64,000 nt of DNA from Callorhinchus milii (Eukaryota). Of the stretch, positions 49,410 through 62,462 are shown in pieces. The stretch is from NCBI RefSeq assembly GCF_018977255.1, contig NW_024704742.1, positions 51,772,001-51,836,000 of the forward strand. Reading direction: 5' to 3'. How positions within the stretch are numbered: the first letter of the stretch is position 1; the number at the start of each line of letters is the position of its first letter. The notes beneath the pieces were generated by a model that searched no databases, was not told the DNA's origin, and worked only from the letters and a program-made list of their open reading frames with translations. The position numbers and the translations under genes were made by a program.

Positions 49410-49644
49410 TAATAATCCCTTCAACGCCTAATAATAATCCCTTCAAAAAACCAAAAATAATAATTAAATTGGTCATTTTCAATCTACGACTGTTTGTGGG
49501 ACATTGCTGTGCGCAATTGGCTGCCGCGTTCGCCCACAAATATACAGTCAATTCACTTTACAGTGCGTTCTGTGAAGCGCTTTGAGATGTCCTCCCAACG
49601 TGAAAAGTGCTATATCAAATGCAAGGATTATTATTATTATTATT
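49410..49644 (+). mobile_element. 5'-truncated young tRNA-SINE
   Basis: Deu core and tail near-identical to the reverse complement of 28845-29055. Confidence 0.9.
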
Positions 49645-49937
49645 AAAATGCATTTTCTCCACGGACTTGCTTGTTTTGTTTTCTTAAATTCTAGCTTGTT
49701 TCAGAATATATGTATTTTAAATCTGGAGGCGGATATCTTCGGTCTATATGCTCATCAAAAGTATATCCTGCTTCATTCAAATTAATCAATGTAAGTTTAC
49801 TAGGCAAGATTGCCTGAAAACCTTAGCAATTAAAAATATATATATATATTTAAGAAAGCCAAGGTTTATCACTTGAACCAAGCTTAAATGCACTGGTTAT
49901 ATGTTCTTCCAAAGAGAAAGTGGGAGATGAAATGGCT

Positions 49938-50141
49938 GTAAGGTGACATGCTTGACAACAGAATTTTGGATTCAAGTCAATTCTCTGGCAATTTCAATAT
50001 TCCGGTTCCTGAACCAGGCAAATCCGTAGTACTCCAGGGCACAGCGGATGACAGCTCAGCCATCCTGGCTCATTGTATAACTTGGAGGAGCAGACCAATT
50101 ACTGAAGGCAGAGATTCTTCTCATTCAGCTCCTGTTAACTC
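49938..50141. repeat. Unclassified dispersed repeat, copy 2
   Basis: Colinear similarity to 17700-17910. Confidence 0.75.
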
Positions 50142-50144
50142 ATT

Positions 50145-50770
50145 GCCAGCCTCCACCGTTACTTCTCCCCTCGGGCCTGCAAGACCCTTACCCATGCTTT
50201 CATCACATCAAGACTTAACTATGCCAGCTCTCTGCTTACCATACTTCCGAACTCTTCTCTCCACAAGCTACAGATCATTCAGAACTCTGCACCTTGTATC
50301 CTCTCCTGCACCAGGCTCCTTGAGCCTATCAACCCCATTCTCACCTGCCTCCACTGGCTCCCCATCCACCAGAGGATCAAGTTTCAACATCCTCTTTCTC
50401 ACTATAAAGCCCTCCATTGTCTTGCCCCACCTTACCTCTGACTTTCTAAAACCCTATCAAATTCCCCACACAGCAGACACGGCCTGCTTCACTTCCCCAG
50501 CCTGCTTGCCCACCATTGGCAGTCGGGCCTTCAGCCTTTCTGGCCCCTCTCACTGGAACTCCGTCCTGGAGTCCCTTCACCTTGCCCCTTCCCTCATCTC
50601 CTTCAAGATCTGTGTCAAGACCTTACTATTTGAATCCACCTTCATTCATCTTTCCATCCCCACTCCACTTGGCCTCTACCCCTCCTGAATCCAACTCCAG
50701 CTCAGGTGCAAACCCTTGACTGTTTAGCCTCTTGGGATGTCCTCCAGATGTGAAAAGCACCAAATTAACA
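50145..50770 (+). mobile_element. L2 LINE 3' fragment
   Basis: LHWLP, FNIL and KTLLF motifs; decayed tail cttgggatgtcctccagatgtgaaaagcac. Confidence 0.85.
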
Positions 50771-51096
50771 GGCTGTAATTGCAAAAAGGTTACAAATCAC
50801 TTTCGTTATGACCTAGCTCAGTTGGTCGCACTGTCACCTTTGAGTCAGAAAGTTGTAGGTTCAGGCATCATGTTGGGATTTTGAGCTCATAGTCTTGGCT
50901 AACACTCCAATGTCATGTTTGAAGAGTGATAGACTGTCAGAGGTGTTATCCTCCATATGCTAAACCAAGATCTCGTCTCCCTAGTCAGGCGATCTTTAAA
51001 TATCCAATGGCACTATTGAAAAAGAGAAGGGAGTTTCTCCCAGTATCCTGGCCAACAATCCTTCAGTTAATATAGTCATTCAATTCATGGTTGTTT

Positions 51097-53932
51097 TAAA
51101 CCCCATGGCCTAATCGCCGTGGCGGTGGTGTGGCTCTCATCTCCCGGTCTCTCTTTGGCCTTTCCCCTTACTCCTCCGGAACCTGCCCCTTCTTCGAACA
51201 CCTTACCCTCTTACCACCCCTCCAGGCTTTCCTTCAAAATCCTCCTTGTTTATCGTCCCCCCAAGCCTTCCCCCACCTTCCTCTCGGACATCTCCCCCTC
51301 CTATCTTCCCTCCCCCTCTGCTCTGAACGCCTCCTTATCTTAGGCGACTTCAACCTCCACTTCACCCCCTCCTGCTCTACCTCTGCCGACTTCTTCTCCC
51401 TCCTCTCTTCCCTTAACCTCTCCCTCCTCATCCACTCCCCCACCCACGACTGCGGCCACCCCCTTGACGTGGTGATCACCCGGGGCCTCACCGCCTCGGA
51501 CATCACCAACGTCGATAAAGCCATCTCGTACCACCACTTCATCTCCCTCAACATCTCCGTACCCCTTCCCCTTTCCCAACCCTCCACCATTACATACCGT
51601 CCATGGAAAAAAATGTCCTCCCTCTCCACTGCCCTGGAGTCATCTGAACTCCTACATCTCTGGCCCTCACTGACCAATCTCCCCTCCTCACTCTCCTTTC
51701 TCCACAACTCTCTCTCCTCCATTCTGGACTCCCTTGACCCCTTCATCTCCCGAACTGCCTCATACTCCCATAAATTCCCGGTACACCAGCCATCTCTGTT
51801 CCCTCAAGGCACAAGTGGGAGCTGCTGAACGCGCCTGGACCAAATCCAAACTAACGGTCCATCGGCAGATTTGGCTTCACCATACCAAGAATTACCACTG
51901 CGCTCTTGCCTCCGCCAAATCCTCCTTCTACTCCAAGGTTATCTTGGAGGTAAAAGACAACCCCAGGCTTCTCTTTTCCACCACAAACCGTCTCCTCCAT
52001 CCACCTTCCTATTCCTCGCCCATCCTCTCCTCAAACTCCAACTGTGAGGAGATGCTGGACTTCCTCGAATCTAAAATCGAGGGGATATGTTCCGCCACCT
52101 CTGCCCCGTCCACAGCCACCCCCACATCACCTCTCCCTCATGACCCACCTCCCACCCATCTCCCACTATACTCCTTCGACTTTATCTCTCCCTCCTCCCT
52201 CACCATGACTGTCCTCAAACTCAAACCCACCACCTGCTCCCTCGATCCCATCCCCACCTCTCTCCTCATCTCCCAGCTCCATCTTCTGGCCCCTCTCCTG
52301 TCCAATGTCCTCTCCTTGTCCACCGGTTCAGTTCCCACCCCCCTAAAAACAGCCGTCATCTCCCCCATGTTGAAAAAACCTTCCCTGGCTCCATCCCTCC
52401 TCTCCAGCTACCGCCATCTCTAATCTCCCATTCCTCTCCAAGGTCCTGGAACGAGTCGTCGCTTCCCAGCTCCGCTCCTTTCTCTTTCGCGATTCCCTCT
52501 TTGAACCCCTCCAATCCAGCTTCTGCGCTGCCCACAGTACGGAAACAGCCCTGGTCAAAGTCACTAATGACATTCTGAACATCTGTGATCAGGGCTTCCT
52601 CTGCCTCCTTGTCCTCCTCGACCACTCTGCCGCCTTCGACACTGTTGAACACGCCATCCTCATATACCTCCTCTCCTCTTTATTCAATCTTCACGGACCT
52701 TGCCTGGTTCGATTCCTATCTCTCTCACCATTTCCACTTCATTGCCTCTAACGGTTTCTCCTCCACCCCCGCACTGTCACACCTGGTGTCCCCCAGGGCT
52801 CTGTCCTTGGTCCTCTCCTCTCTAATATCTACAGTCTCCCTCCCACTTGGTGACATCAACAAGATTCCATTTATAGAGTGCCTTTCACGTCGGGAGGACG
52901 TCCCAAGGCACTGACATCATCCGCAGACATGGGGTCAACTTCCACATGTATGTGGATGACACCTAACTCTATCTTTCTGCTTCCACCCTCAACTCCAGGA
53001 CCACTGCTGTCCTGACAGACTGCCTGTCGGACATCAAGTCCTGGATGAGGGCAAATTTCCTACAGTTGAATGTGAACAAGACTGAGGCCCTCCTGATTGG
53101 CTCACGCCAGCACCTCAGCACCTCAGGCTCTGGCAACATCAACGTCCATGGTTGCACACTTCAACTCACCAAACCAGTCAGGAATCTAGGTGTCTTGTTC
53201 GACCCTCAACCATCTTTACTCCTCCACATTCAAGCCATGACCTGCTCTGTCTCCCCTCACCTCCGTAACATCGCCCAACTCCGCCACTACCTCACCCCTC
53301 AGGCCGCTGAAACTCTTGTTCATGCCTTCATCACCTTCAGGCTCGATTATGCAAACGCCCTGCTTGTCGGCCTTCCCAACTCCTCCCTCCGCAGGCTGCA
53401 GATAATCCAGAACTCTGCAGTCCGTATCCTCTCCCACATCAAACTCCATGACCCCATCTCCCCCATTCTCACCCGATTCCATTGGCTCCCTATCCTTCAG
53501 AGGATCCAGTTCAAGATCCTGGTCCTCACATACAAAGCACTCCATGGCCTCACCCCACCCTACTCTGCAACTTCCTAACCCCCTACCAACCCACCCGTTC
53601 CCTCCGCTCAGCGGGCTCTGGTCTGCTCCATGTCTCCTGACCCACCCACCCCACCATTGGTGGGAGTGCCTTCAGTCACTCTGCCCCCAACCTCTAGAAT
53701 TCCATCTCCCAGTCACTCTGCCTCACCCCCTCCTTAGCCTCCTTCAAGTCCCGCCTCAAGACCCTCCTTTTCGACCATGCCATCGACCACCCCCCTTCCC
53801 CTCTGCTCCCTTCCCCCCGCCTCCCCCCGACCTCAGCTCAGGTCTGAAATGCTGTATTCTGTCCAGCGCCTTGGGTAGTCCTCCCGACGTGAAAGGCCCT
53901 ATACAATTGTAATATTCTTGTTTTTGTTGTTT
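51097..53932 (+). mobile_element. L2 LINE, most of ORF2 (APE + RT) plus 3' tail, disrupted
   Basis: [55 protein letters not shown]; gttgttt on both flanks. Confidence 0.95.
52859..52911 (-). mobile_element. 53-bp antisense L2-tail insertion inside the L2 RT
   Basis: 8-bp TSD tgacatca at 52851-52858 and 52912-52919. Confidence 0.9.
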
Positions 53933-54971
53933 CTGGGAAATTAATGTATGCAAATCGGCTGTTGCATTTGTCTACAAATACACAATCACTACACTATAGT
54001 AAAATCCTGTGAAGCTCTTTCAGACGTTTCACAATGCGATAAGGCACTATATCAAATGCAAGGATCATTATTATTATATTTTTAAGATCATGGGCTAAGA
54101 GGTGGCAAAAGATGTGAGCAAAGAAAGTATCCTTGCAGATCAATCCCTAGATTCTTTCTTGATAAAGTTGCTGAGGACATTTATGTAATCTCAATACCTG
54201 CAGTGAGAAACCAAAAGCTAGCATTATAGTGATATATAATGAAGCACTACACTAAGAGCTGAGACTGTAAATCATGATTACATCCATTTCTGTTTTACAA
54301 AGTAAATAATTTCAATTTGGATGAGATTAATGGCTCCTCTCAGATACACTTACACATATTCCATAATCTGATCCATAAAAGAAAGCCACATAGTTCACAG
54401 TTTGGGGTTTTCAGACTGGAAAGTTCTGCATGGTTTAAAAATGAGGTGCTGTCACTACAGTGCTAAAGTAATGATGCACAGCTCCTTAAAATATCTTGCC
54501 AGGTTAGGTGATCCATGAGATTTTCCAGAGGTAAGGATTAACAGTACACTGCAATCTTTTGATGCCTCTGTGATTAATAAATTTTCCATTAATCTAAATC
54601 ATCATAAGTAAAGCAGCCTCAGTCTGTGAATATCATTCAAAAGCAATGATGTACTTTGCAGATGCTTTACCGTACTGTATTTTGCAGTTTGTTTCTGTTA
54701 ATTAAGCGCTCTGGCACGCTACCCTGAGTGAGAGGCGCTATATAAATGCAAGTCATTGTCGTAATTTTAAAAAATCCAGTGTACAAGTTGTTTTATGTTT
54801 AATACCTCATTTGATTCTTCAGGGAATCCATATCGCCATATTAGTGGAAATGGCCCTATTTATCCAGAAAGTTTTTAATTTTTTTAAAAACTAAATTGCG
54901 CCTTGCTGAACACTGGAACCAGCACGAAATACAGAATAGAACAAGTTGTAAATATTACAATTACAATTACT

Positions 54972-55075
54972 GGTGATTGGGGTTAGTGAAAGTGACTTGG
55001 TCTGTCAAAGAGCCGGCACAGACTCGATGGGCCGAATGGCCTCCTTCTGTGCAGTAACATTCCATGAATCTATGA
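54972..55075 (+). mobile_element. CR1 3' terminus
   Basis: gatgggccgaatggcctccttctgtgc...ttccatgaatctatg. Confidence 0.75.
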
Positions 55076-55134
55076 AAAAAGAACGGAAAATACTTTGGCA
55101 TGGGAATTTCAGTCATATGCCACTTACAGTTTAT

Positions 55135-55310
55135 ACAACAACAACAAAATAATATTTGTATAGCACCTTTCATGTTGGAAGGACGTCCCAAGGCCTGGAC
55201 AATCAGTGTTTCCAGCCTGAGCTGGGGTTGGGATTGGGGAAGGTGGAGGGCAGGGGGAGGGTGACCGAAGGAATGGTCAAAGAGGAGAGTCTTGAGACGG
55301 GTCTTGATGG
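55135..55310 (-). mobile_element. L2 3' end
   Basis: Reverse complement matches 53745-53930. Confidence 0.85.
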
Positions 55311-57559
55311 TGACATTAATTTAGACACTTTTTCTCTATAGTTCTTAAAAACAACCAGCCAAATTAAGACTGAATTTAGGACTGTTTTCAAAAATCAGAG
55401 TGAGTTTAAATTTTGTCTCAAAATTTAGACTTACAGACCAAGCCTGGGTGGAATTCTGGAGCCTCGTGCCTCCAGTAGGTACCAGACTCAACTTTAAGGT
55501 GCATCTGGTTTACCTTTCAACCAATCTGGAACTAGGGATCTTATGTTATACACTATATGACCTTCCATTACTGCTACAAACAACAGAAAAGTTAATACCC
55601 TAAAAGCCACGATCATGTAGACGTTGCTCCCTATATTTAGAGATACAGTATATAAGATAAGTTAAGAGAAGATTTTTATGGCAACCAGAACAGTCAATAG
55701 AAAGACAACTCCATTACAAACACGTTAACAGTACAAAACCAGAATGTTATAACTGAATCAATAGTTTATGTAAATCACTCTCAACTAGTACAGAATAAAA
55801 TAGCACCAAACATTTAAGAAAACACAGTTACCAAGAACTCATTTAATGTGCTGAACTCTGGGTTTTAAGCAGAGGTTCTGTTTATGCGAATAAAGATACA
55901 TATTGTTGTCCTGCAAAGAGAGAGGAAAAAATATGGGATTGTTTGAACTTAGTTTAAGTCTTCTCCAGATAATCTAATAAAAATATTCTGATAGGTTTGT
56001 CACTGAGAGGTTCCAAAAGAATTTTTGGTGAAAAATTATACATGCAGTTTCCCCAATCACATCTGTTTTAATGCACATGGATCCAATGATTGGATCACCA
56101 AATATGCAAGTTTATTGTCTAATCTAAGCATAAACAACCTTTACCACCACTACAGCAATAGTAAGATCCTCAAATTTGTACAGTATGTATTATCAATCAC
56201 AATATGTTGTGGATTTAATTACATCATAACACCTCACATGGGTTGAGATGGTGTTATAACCTGTCACCCTACATGTAATCAATCGATATTTATTACAAAA
56301 TCCAGTGGTTTAATGAAATGATAAACAATTTGGATAATCCTTTTGAAGACTGACATAGTGCAGTACCTTGGAAACTTCAAAGAAACTGACACCATCTAGT
56401 TTGTGATAAATGTGAATTGCCAATCCAGTCAAGATTTGTGAACTGATTTTACAGCTAGTAGGTGGGTGGTTGACCCATCTCACATCTGTTAGATTACTCC
56501 ATGATAAACAGCCATCTGGTCGATGTTGCACTGATAGATAGACATTGTCCTTGATTTTTCTGCACTCTTTGCTTTTGATCTCAATCATGACAGTTTCTTT
56601 GGACTTGAAAGATTGACACACAGCTAAACAGTCCCCCAGGATTAACCTTTCCCTTCCTTCTCTATGTCTTCTATTTTTTCTTAAAGGGACACCGACATCC
56701 AGTTGACGAACAGGCGAGAAGTATTGATGGTATTATGGCATTGATCTGAAACATCAGCATCATTACTGGTCTCGATGCCAGTGGAATACAAATCTACTCT
56801 AAACTGGTTGCACTGTATTAAAGTTCTATTTGGAGATGACTACTTTGAAGCAATATTCCAAAAAAAACCTATAAAACACGCAACAATAGAGTTGCCATGC
56901 GATACTCAAAAATCACGCAGTCTGTTCGAAGCAGAAATTTTGTGCAATAGCACTTTAAATATTACTTAGTCATATTTGCAAGCCTATGAATTCCATTTAA
57001 ATGGTTTCTCAGTACTACAAAGGAACCAGTAGTTCAGTAGTGATTCATAGGCGTGACTTAAACAAGGCCATCATCCTTTCAATCTACAGACATATCTCTG
57101 AATCATTATGTAAAAGCTTAAAAATGATCTTTATCTTGAACATTCATATCAAAACAGCTAGGGGAAATAGAACATAACCCTGAGGTAATGGTGGTTGGTT
57201 CAAGTTACAGCTAGCAGCATATGTTTTATGGTCAATTATAAATGTCCTTTTTAGCCACAGCCCAAAGCCTCACATGTTCAGATGGTTGTTAAATGTGAGT
57301 CCTCCATATGCAATGCCAGTGGCATGTTAGTCAACATTAAACCAACTGTGGAGCCTTCTGCAATTCTGTCAGTTTTATACTGGTCCCCATGTAAAACTGG
57401 TGCAGACCAGTATTGGAGAGAGCCGAGAAGTGCCTTCGCTCTCTTCATTTCAAAACAGTAGGACTATTCTCACTACTAATCTAAAACACATTTTTCAATT
57501 ACTGTATTGAGTTGAAAAAAAATCCAGCTGGTTCAAATCTGGTTGCTGTATTAACAGTA

Positions 57560-57985
57560 GGGGTGTCTTTGATGGGATAACACAAAGCAAAGGGCAACCA
57601 AATTGATAATTGCAATCAGGAGAGGTTACAGTAGCTAGGAATGTGAACAATGAAGTAGAGATGCACGGGAGGTCTTATTGACGTCTTCATGATCCTAAAT
57701 GTTATAGAGATAAACTGATCCCCAATAATACAACTACCACAGTCAAAACTGTTGAGATTTAATTAGTTTATACAGCAAGTGCTGAATGTGTGGAATAGAC
57801 TATTAAGGGAAGTACTGAAGGGAGGCTATGTCAGCAAAGCAGAAAAGGGAATTAGATAGTGTTTGTCAAAGGATCAATTGAGGGGTATGAGAAGCAGAGC
57901 AGTACAGGATATTTTTATTAAAAAAACTGTAACCATCCAGGTGGATAGCAATCATCCTTTCCAGTCCTGTAGAATTCTTTATATA
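57560..57985 (+). mobile_element. Decayed CR1 3' fragment
   Basis: gggaggtcttattgacgtcttcatgatc, gaatgtgtggaatagact and aaggatcaattgaggggtatg. Confidence 0.55.
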
Positions 57986-58130
57986 GTGTCTGAGGATACA
58001 TGAGGTCATCTTTCAATTTCTACCAGCTAAAAAGAGCTTAAAGTATTGTGAATGCCAATTACTGTAATTAGCAGAAATAGACCATAGTCAGAGTCTGACA
58101 ACACAGTGCTCCATGTAACTGTAGATATGC

Positions 58131-58436
58131 GGAGTCCTGTAGCTCAGTGATTAGAGCCCTTGCCTTGCAAGTGAGAGACCTGGGTTTGATTCCTGGCAGG
58201 GTGAAACCTTAGGCAAGTTTCCTTACTCCACACGCCTGATAATAATCCCTCAAGAAAAAAAATAATAATGTGGTCACTCATCCATGACTGTTTGTGGGAC
58301 ACTGCTGTGCGCAATTGACTGCCATATTTCGCCCACAAATAAATAGTCAATTCACTTTACAGTATATTCGGTGAAGCGCTTTGAGACGTCTAAAAGACGT
58401 GAAAAGCGCTATATCAAATACAAGGATTATTATTAT
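58131..58436 (+). mobile_element. Complete tRNA-derived SINE (short subfamily)
   Basis: GGAGTCCTGTAGCTCAGTGATTAGAGC head, Deu core and aaggattattatt tail. Confidence 0.95.
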
Positions 58437-60319
58437 ATGAACTATTGGCTGCTGCAATGCAAGTGAGCAGTGAAACCACGGCTCCTTACTTCCATAGCTG
58501 TTGAAATACAAGGCAAAACTAGGCGGACTTTAATGGTTACGTAAGAAAACCTGCTCACAGTATGGTAACATCTCAGTGACGGGATAATAATTTGATGCTT
58601 TCATCTGGAGTATACATTAATACACTATTTGACTGGCCAATTAAATCCTGATAAGATCAATCCATTTTGCCACTTTTACTAGAACACAAATCTTCAAAAT
58701 ATCCAAACTTTTCATTGCTAATAGCGGTAAACGTCTTAAAAAATAAAACTACATACATATATAATCTGTGCAACATTTCAGTATCACAGCGTTCAAGTTC
58801 CAAAAACCTATTGCATGTAACTCTTGTACATATATGTCAGTCAAACAAGTGAATTAGTCATTTGTTGCTTAAAATAGAGATGTTTTCGCCAGAATTTCAC
58901 AGACGTGATGTACACACTATAAACACAATGCATTCCGAGACATCAACCACTGAAAGGTTAATGTGTAAAACATATTCCTTACTGTTTATCCCTCTCAAAA
59001 TTCCACTCGTAATAAACACGGCCTTCCATAACTCTATAGACAATGTTTAGACAAAAGCAAACTGTTTTTATAATGCATTCTTTTTACTCTCATTACATGC
59101 TGAAAGAATGACAACTGCATTCAAATCGAGTTGCAAATTGACGTTACTACTTCAATGACTTCCTATTCAACAGGTTATCATTATCATTTTTTATTGCCCC
59201 ACAAAGACTGCACATAAAGTTTTTTTCCAAACAAGACCACCAAACATACCCAAACATAAATCAAACATAATGTTCCTAGCTTATTTCAGTACATATATTA
59301 ATTGCAGGGCCTTCGTGAACCAAAGTGTTTCAATGGTACAGGGATTTCTTGCCAAAAGAGGGGGGTTTAAAACTCCTGTCATAGCTTTTAATTGAAAAGA
59401 AACATTTACTTATTACACTACTCAAAGTGAGCCAGCAAATAATTAATGCTAAGGAAATTTTCATATTATTTGATCTCTCACTTCCCCTCATGATCAGTTT
59501 TTTTTGTGATTCAAGATTAGGGAGGGTATAAACACAGATTGATCTTATACATTTCCATAGCGTTTGGGAAATGGTGATTTTTTTATTAAATGGCAAGGTT
59601 AATAATAAATGGATGAGATGGATGTTGACGTGGTCACTTTAGCTTAACTTACTCTCCATTATTTCAAACTCCTCAGTTTGAAATAGTTTTAGTTGTTGAT
59701 GTAATTAATTGATTTGAGTGCAAGACAGGAATTTAATGGGAGTAAATATGAAAAATTGTGAATTTGATTAAATGATTCTTAAGATCACTAAGATTACCTA
59801 GTCATTGGCTGTTTACTTTAAATAAGGTAAAGGATTGTGGGGAAAAATGGTCAAGTGAAGATGCACAACAAAATGCTGCAAGTCCAACAGGGATTTAAAA
59901 CACAACTAACGATGACACATGAGAGACTGTAACATAAACAGATTCCTGTAATCAGGACTTTTTTATAGTCACAAAAACCTCTAAGATGTATATACATCCT
60001 GCATTTTAACACAACATTTGTTTTACCTTGTTTACCTCAAGGATGTAAACAGTTGAGACTGTGCATTTCAACACAACATGAAATACTCTCAATTTGGTTA
60101 ATTTGAGGACCCTCCTGTGCTCCCAGGACCTATTAATCCAGTTCTGTGTCTTAAAGGTGCAGTTGCAAAATTGTGAAGTGTGACTGGTATATATTGGTTT
60201 AACTAATTTTTTTGTTTGATTTTCCTTTAGCACATGTGATCACATTCCTGTTATCAGGACTTTTACGTAGTCATGTTAGTGAATCCCACTGCGAATAACT
60301 GCTATTTTGACTCCATGTT

Positions 60320-61060
60320 GAAACATAGAAACTTAGATTTTACAGCACTGAATGAGGCCATTCATCAAGCCTGTATCGGGTCTCAGAGCAAAATTATTGC
60401 TTCAATCTCATCAGCCTGCCTTATCCCCAAACCCCTACAAACCCCTCTATTACAAATGCATGCCCACTTCCCTCTTGAAAACTACAAAGGATTCAACTCC
60501 CACCACCCTACTGGGCAGGGCATTCCACATCCCAACAATTATCTGGGTGAAAACATTCCTCCTAAGTTCTCTTTTGCTCTCCTTGTGGTTAACTTTTATC
60601 TATGTCGCCTAGTTACTGACTCCCCTATCAATGGCAATATGTGGTCTCTATTTACCCAAACAAAACCCCTTATGATTTTGTACACCTCAATCACGTCCCC
60701 CCTCAACCTTCTCTGCTCCAATAAAAACAAGTCCAGCTTCTTCAGTCTCTCCTCATAACTGCATTCTTTCATCCCCGGAATCATTCTCGTAAACTTCCAA
60801 GGCTCTAATATCTTTCCTGGAGTTACCTAGACTCGATGCAGTAATCCAGTTGTGGGCTAACCAATGATTTATACAAACTTAGCATAATTTCTTTACTTTT
60901 ATACTCTGTACCATATATGTATAAAATCCAGCATACCAGTAGACGTCTTAGCAGTCTTTGTTACTTGCAATGTCACTGTCAATGACCTGTGTATCCGCCC
61001 TCTCAAATCCCTTTGTATCTCAGCTCCTTGCAAGACAGTAACATTAATTGTATACTCCCT
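60320..61060 (-). mobile_element. CR1 3' fragment
   Basis: ORF 60596..60784 encodes MIPGMKECSYEERLKKLDLFLLEQRRLRGDVIEVYKII. Confidence 0.9.
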
Positions 61061-62244
61061 TTGTTTTAATACATAGATTTGAAATTGCTGTGCTGATGGT
61101 GGATCCTACTGGAAAATAATCAACAATATACGGCAAGGGTATCTCATTTCACTTACAACAACGATAAGCAAACTACAGTACATGGATAACATGGATAATT
61201 GGACACCATGAAAAATACAAATTGGCTACTGTGTTAACCAGAAAATATTCCATCAGTTACACTGTCACTCTGATACTACACTGTGCCAGCTCTTCTCTTT
61301 CTCTCTTTCACTGACTCTTCAACTTTCTCACTCTGGGCTTCTTTCTCTCTCTCTGAGTCTCTTAATTTTTGTTTCTTCTATTTCTACCTCTACACCGTAG
61401 AAGTTAGTATTAAAGACTTATTGAAAAAATAAATCTAATTGCATGCATGAGCACAGGTTACTACAGAAACTCACAACTATGTTAGCAACTTTGTTCAAGA
61501 ATACAACTGGATTTACAATGTGGCACTTGTTCTCGAACACCAATTACTGTTAGGGAATCCTATTGTGATCCACTGTTAATGGGTTATTTGTTCTTTTAAG
61601 ATTGAATTCTAGCCAAAAATTCACAGATTAATTGCCACAAAAAAGGGTATTTATTCCTGAAAATCAATAAAAAAGATCCATAATAATTTACAGCTGTAAT
61701 TCTATGATTTTGCTGCACAGCAGGACTGTCGCTTTACTTTTTTTTGTTTATTTTGCAACTCTGTATAAAGTACTATAAAAAGTTCTCTTTTTATAATCTC
61801 AGTGGCAGTTGTTACAAATTATTTTATCCACTGCTACCTAATAACCAAACATCAATTATACACTTAAAAGATTCTTATAGCAGCACAACAGACTGAGATG
61901 AAGGATTGTTACAAAAAGCAGCAGTTTGTGGGTTCTCCCCATGTGGTCTATTCCTGATCAGAGTCTAGTTCTCTGCAGGACAGGACTGCCTAATGGAAAG
62001 ACACACTGTCCGCAACCCATTGTAATTGTAGGTAGACAGCAAAGTTTAGGAACACATCCTAAGATGAGATATCCTCTCGAAGTGAAGGGAGCTATATATA
62101 TGTACATTGTATTATAAATCGCCTCCCTGGGTCAACTAATGATATTGAGGGGTTACCAGAAATTGATGGCTCTTCATGAAGAGAATGGACATAATTATCA
62201 TCAATTATAACTACCAAAAATTACAAAACACTGAAACAAATCTG

Positions 62245-62462
62245 AAAACAAAAACAGAAGTCACTGGGAACACTCAGCAGGTCAGGCAGCATCTATGGAG
62301 AAAGGAAAGTGAGTCAACGTTTCATTAGAAGGGACCCGTGAACCTGAAACGTTGACTCACTTTCCTTTCTCCATAGATGCTGCCTGACCTGCTCAGTGTT
62401 CCCAACGACTTCTGTTTTTGTTTTCAGATTTCCAGCATCTTCAGTATTTTGTGTTCTGTTTT
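62245..62462. mobile_element. Palindromic Penelope-type element, second copy
   Basis: 87-bp arms (62238-62324 and 62345-62431, 84/87 identical); 15-bp TSD actgaaacaaatctg at 62230-62244 and 62463-62477. Confidence 0.85.

Larger units (their letters stand above)
50810..54077 (+). mobile_element. Older Deu-type SINE split by a 2.8-kb L2 (SINE parts ~50810-51096 and ~53933-54077)
   Basis: Head cctagctcagttggtcgcac; sequence resumes with gtatgcaaatcggctgttgc and the aaggatcattattatt tail. Confidence 0.8.

Noticed and set aside
49948..50688. 246-aa ORF
   Set aside because: Chance read-through from the unclassified repeat into a frameshifted L2 relic
51234..53545. Several R/E/G-rich minus-strand ORFs
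   Set aside because: Antisense frames of the C-rich L2 ORF2
56310..56735. ~140-codon open frame on the minus strand
   Set aside because: No recognisable domain and no convincing in-frame acceptor or ATG context
58131..58205. tRNA-Ala(TGC)-like gene (also near 670, 16050, 21425 and 29090)
   Set aside because: Each runs straight into a SINE body, so these are SINE heads rather than tRNA genes
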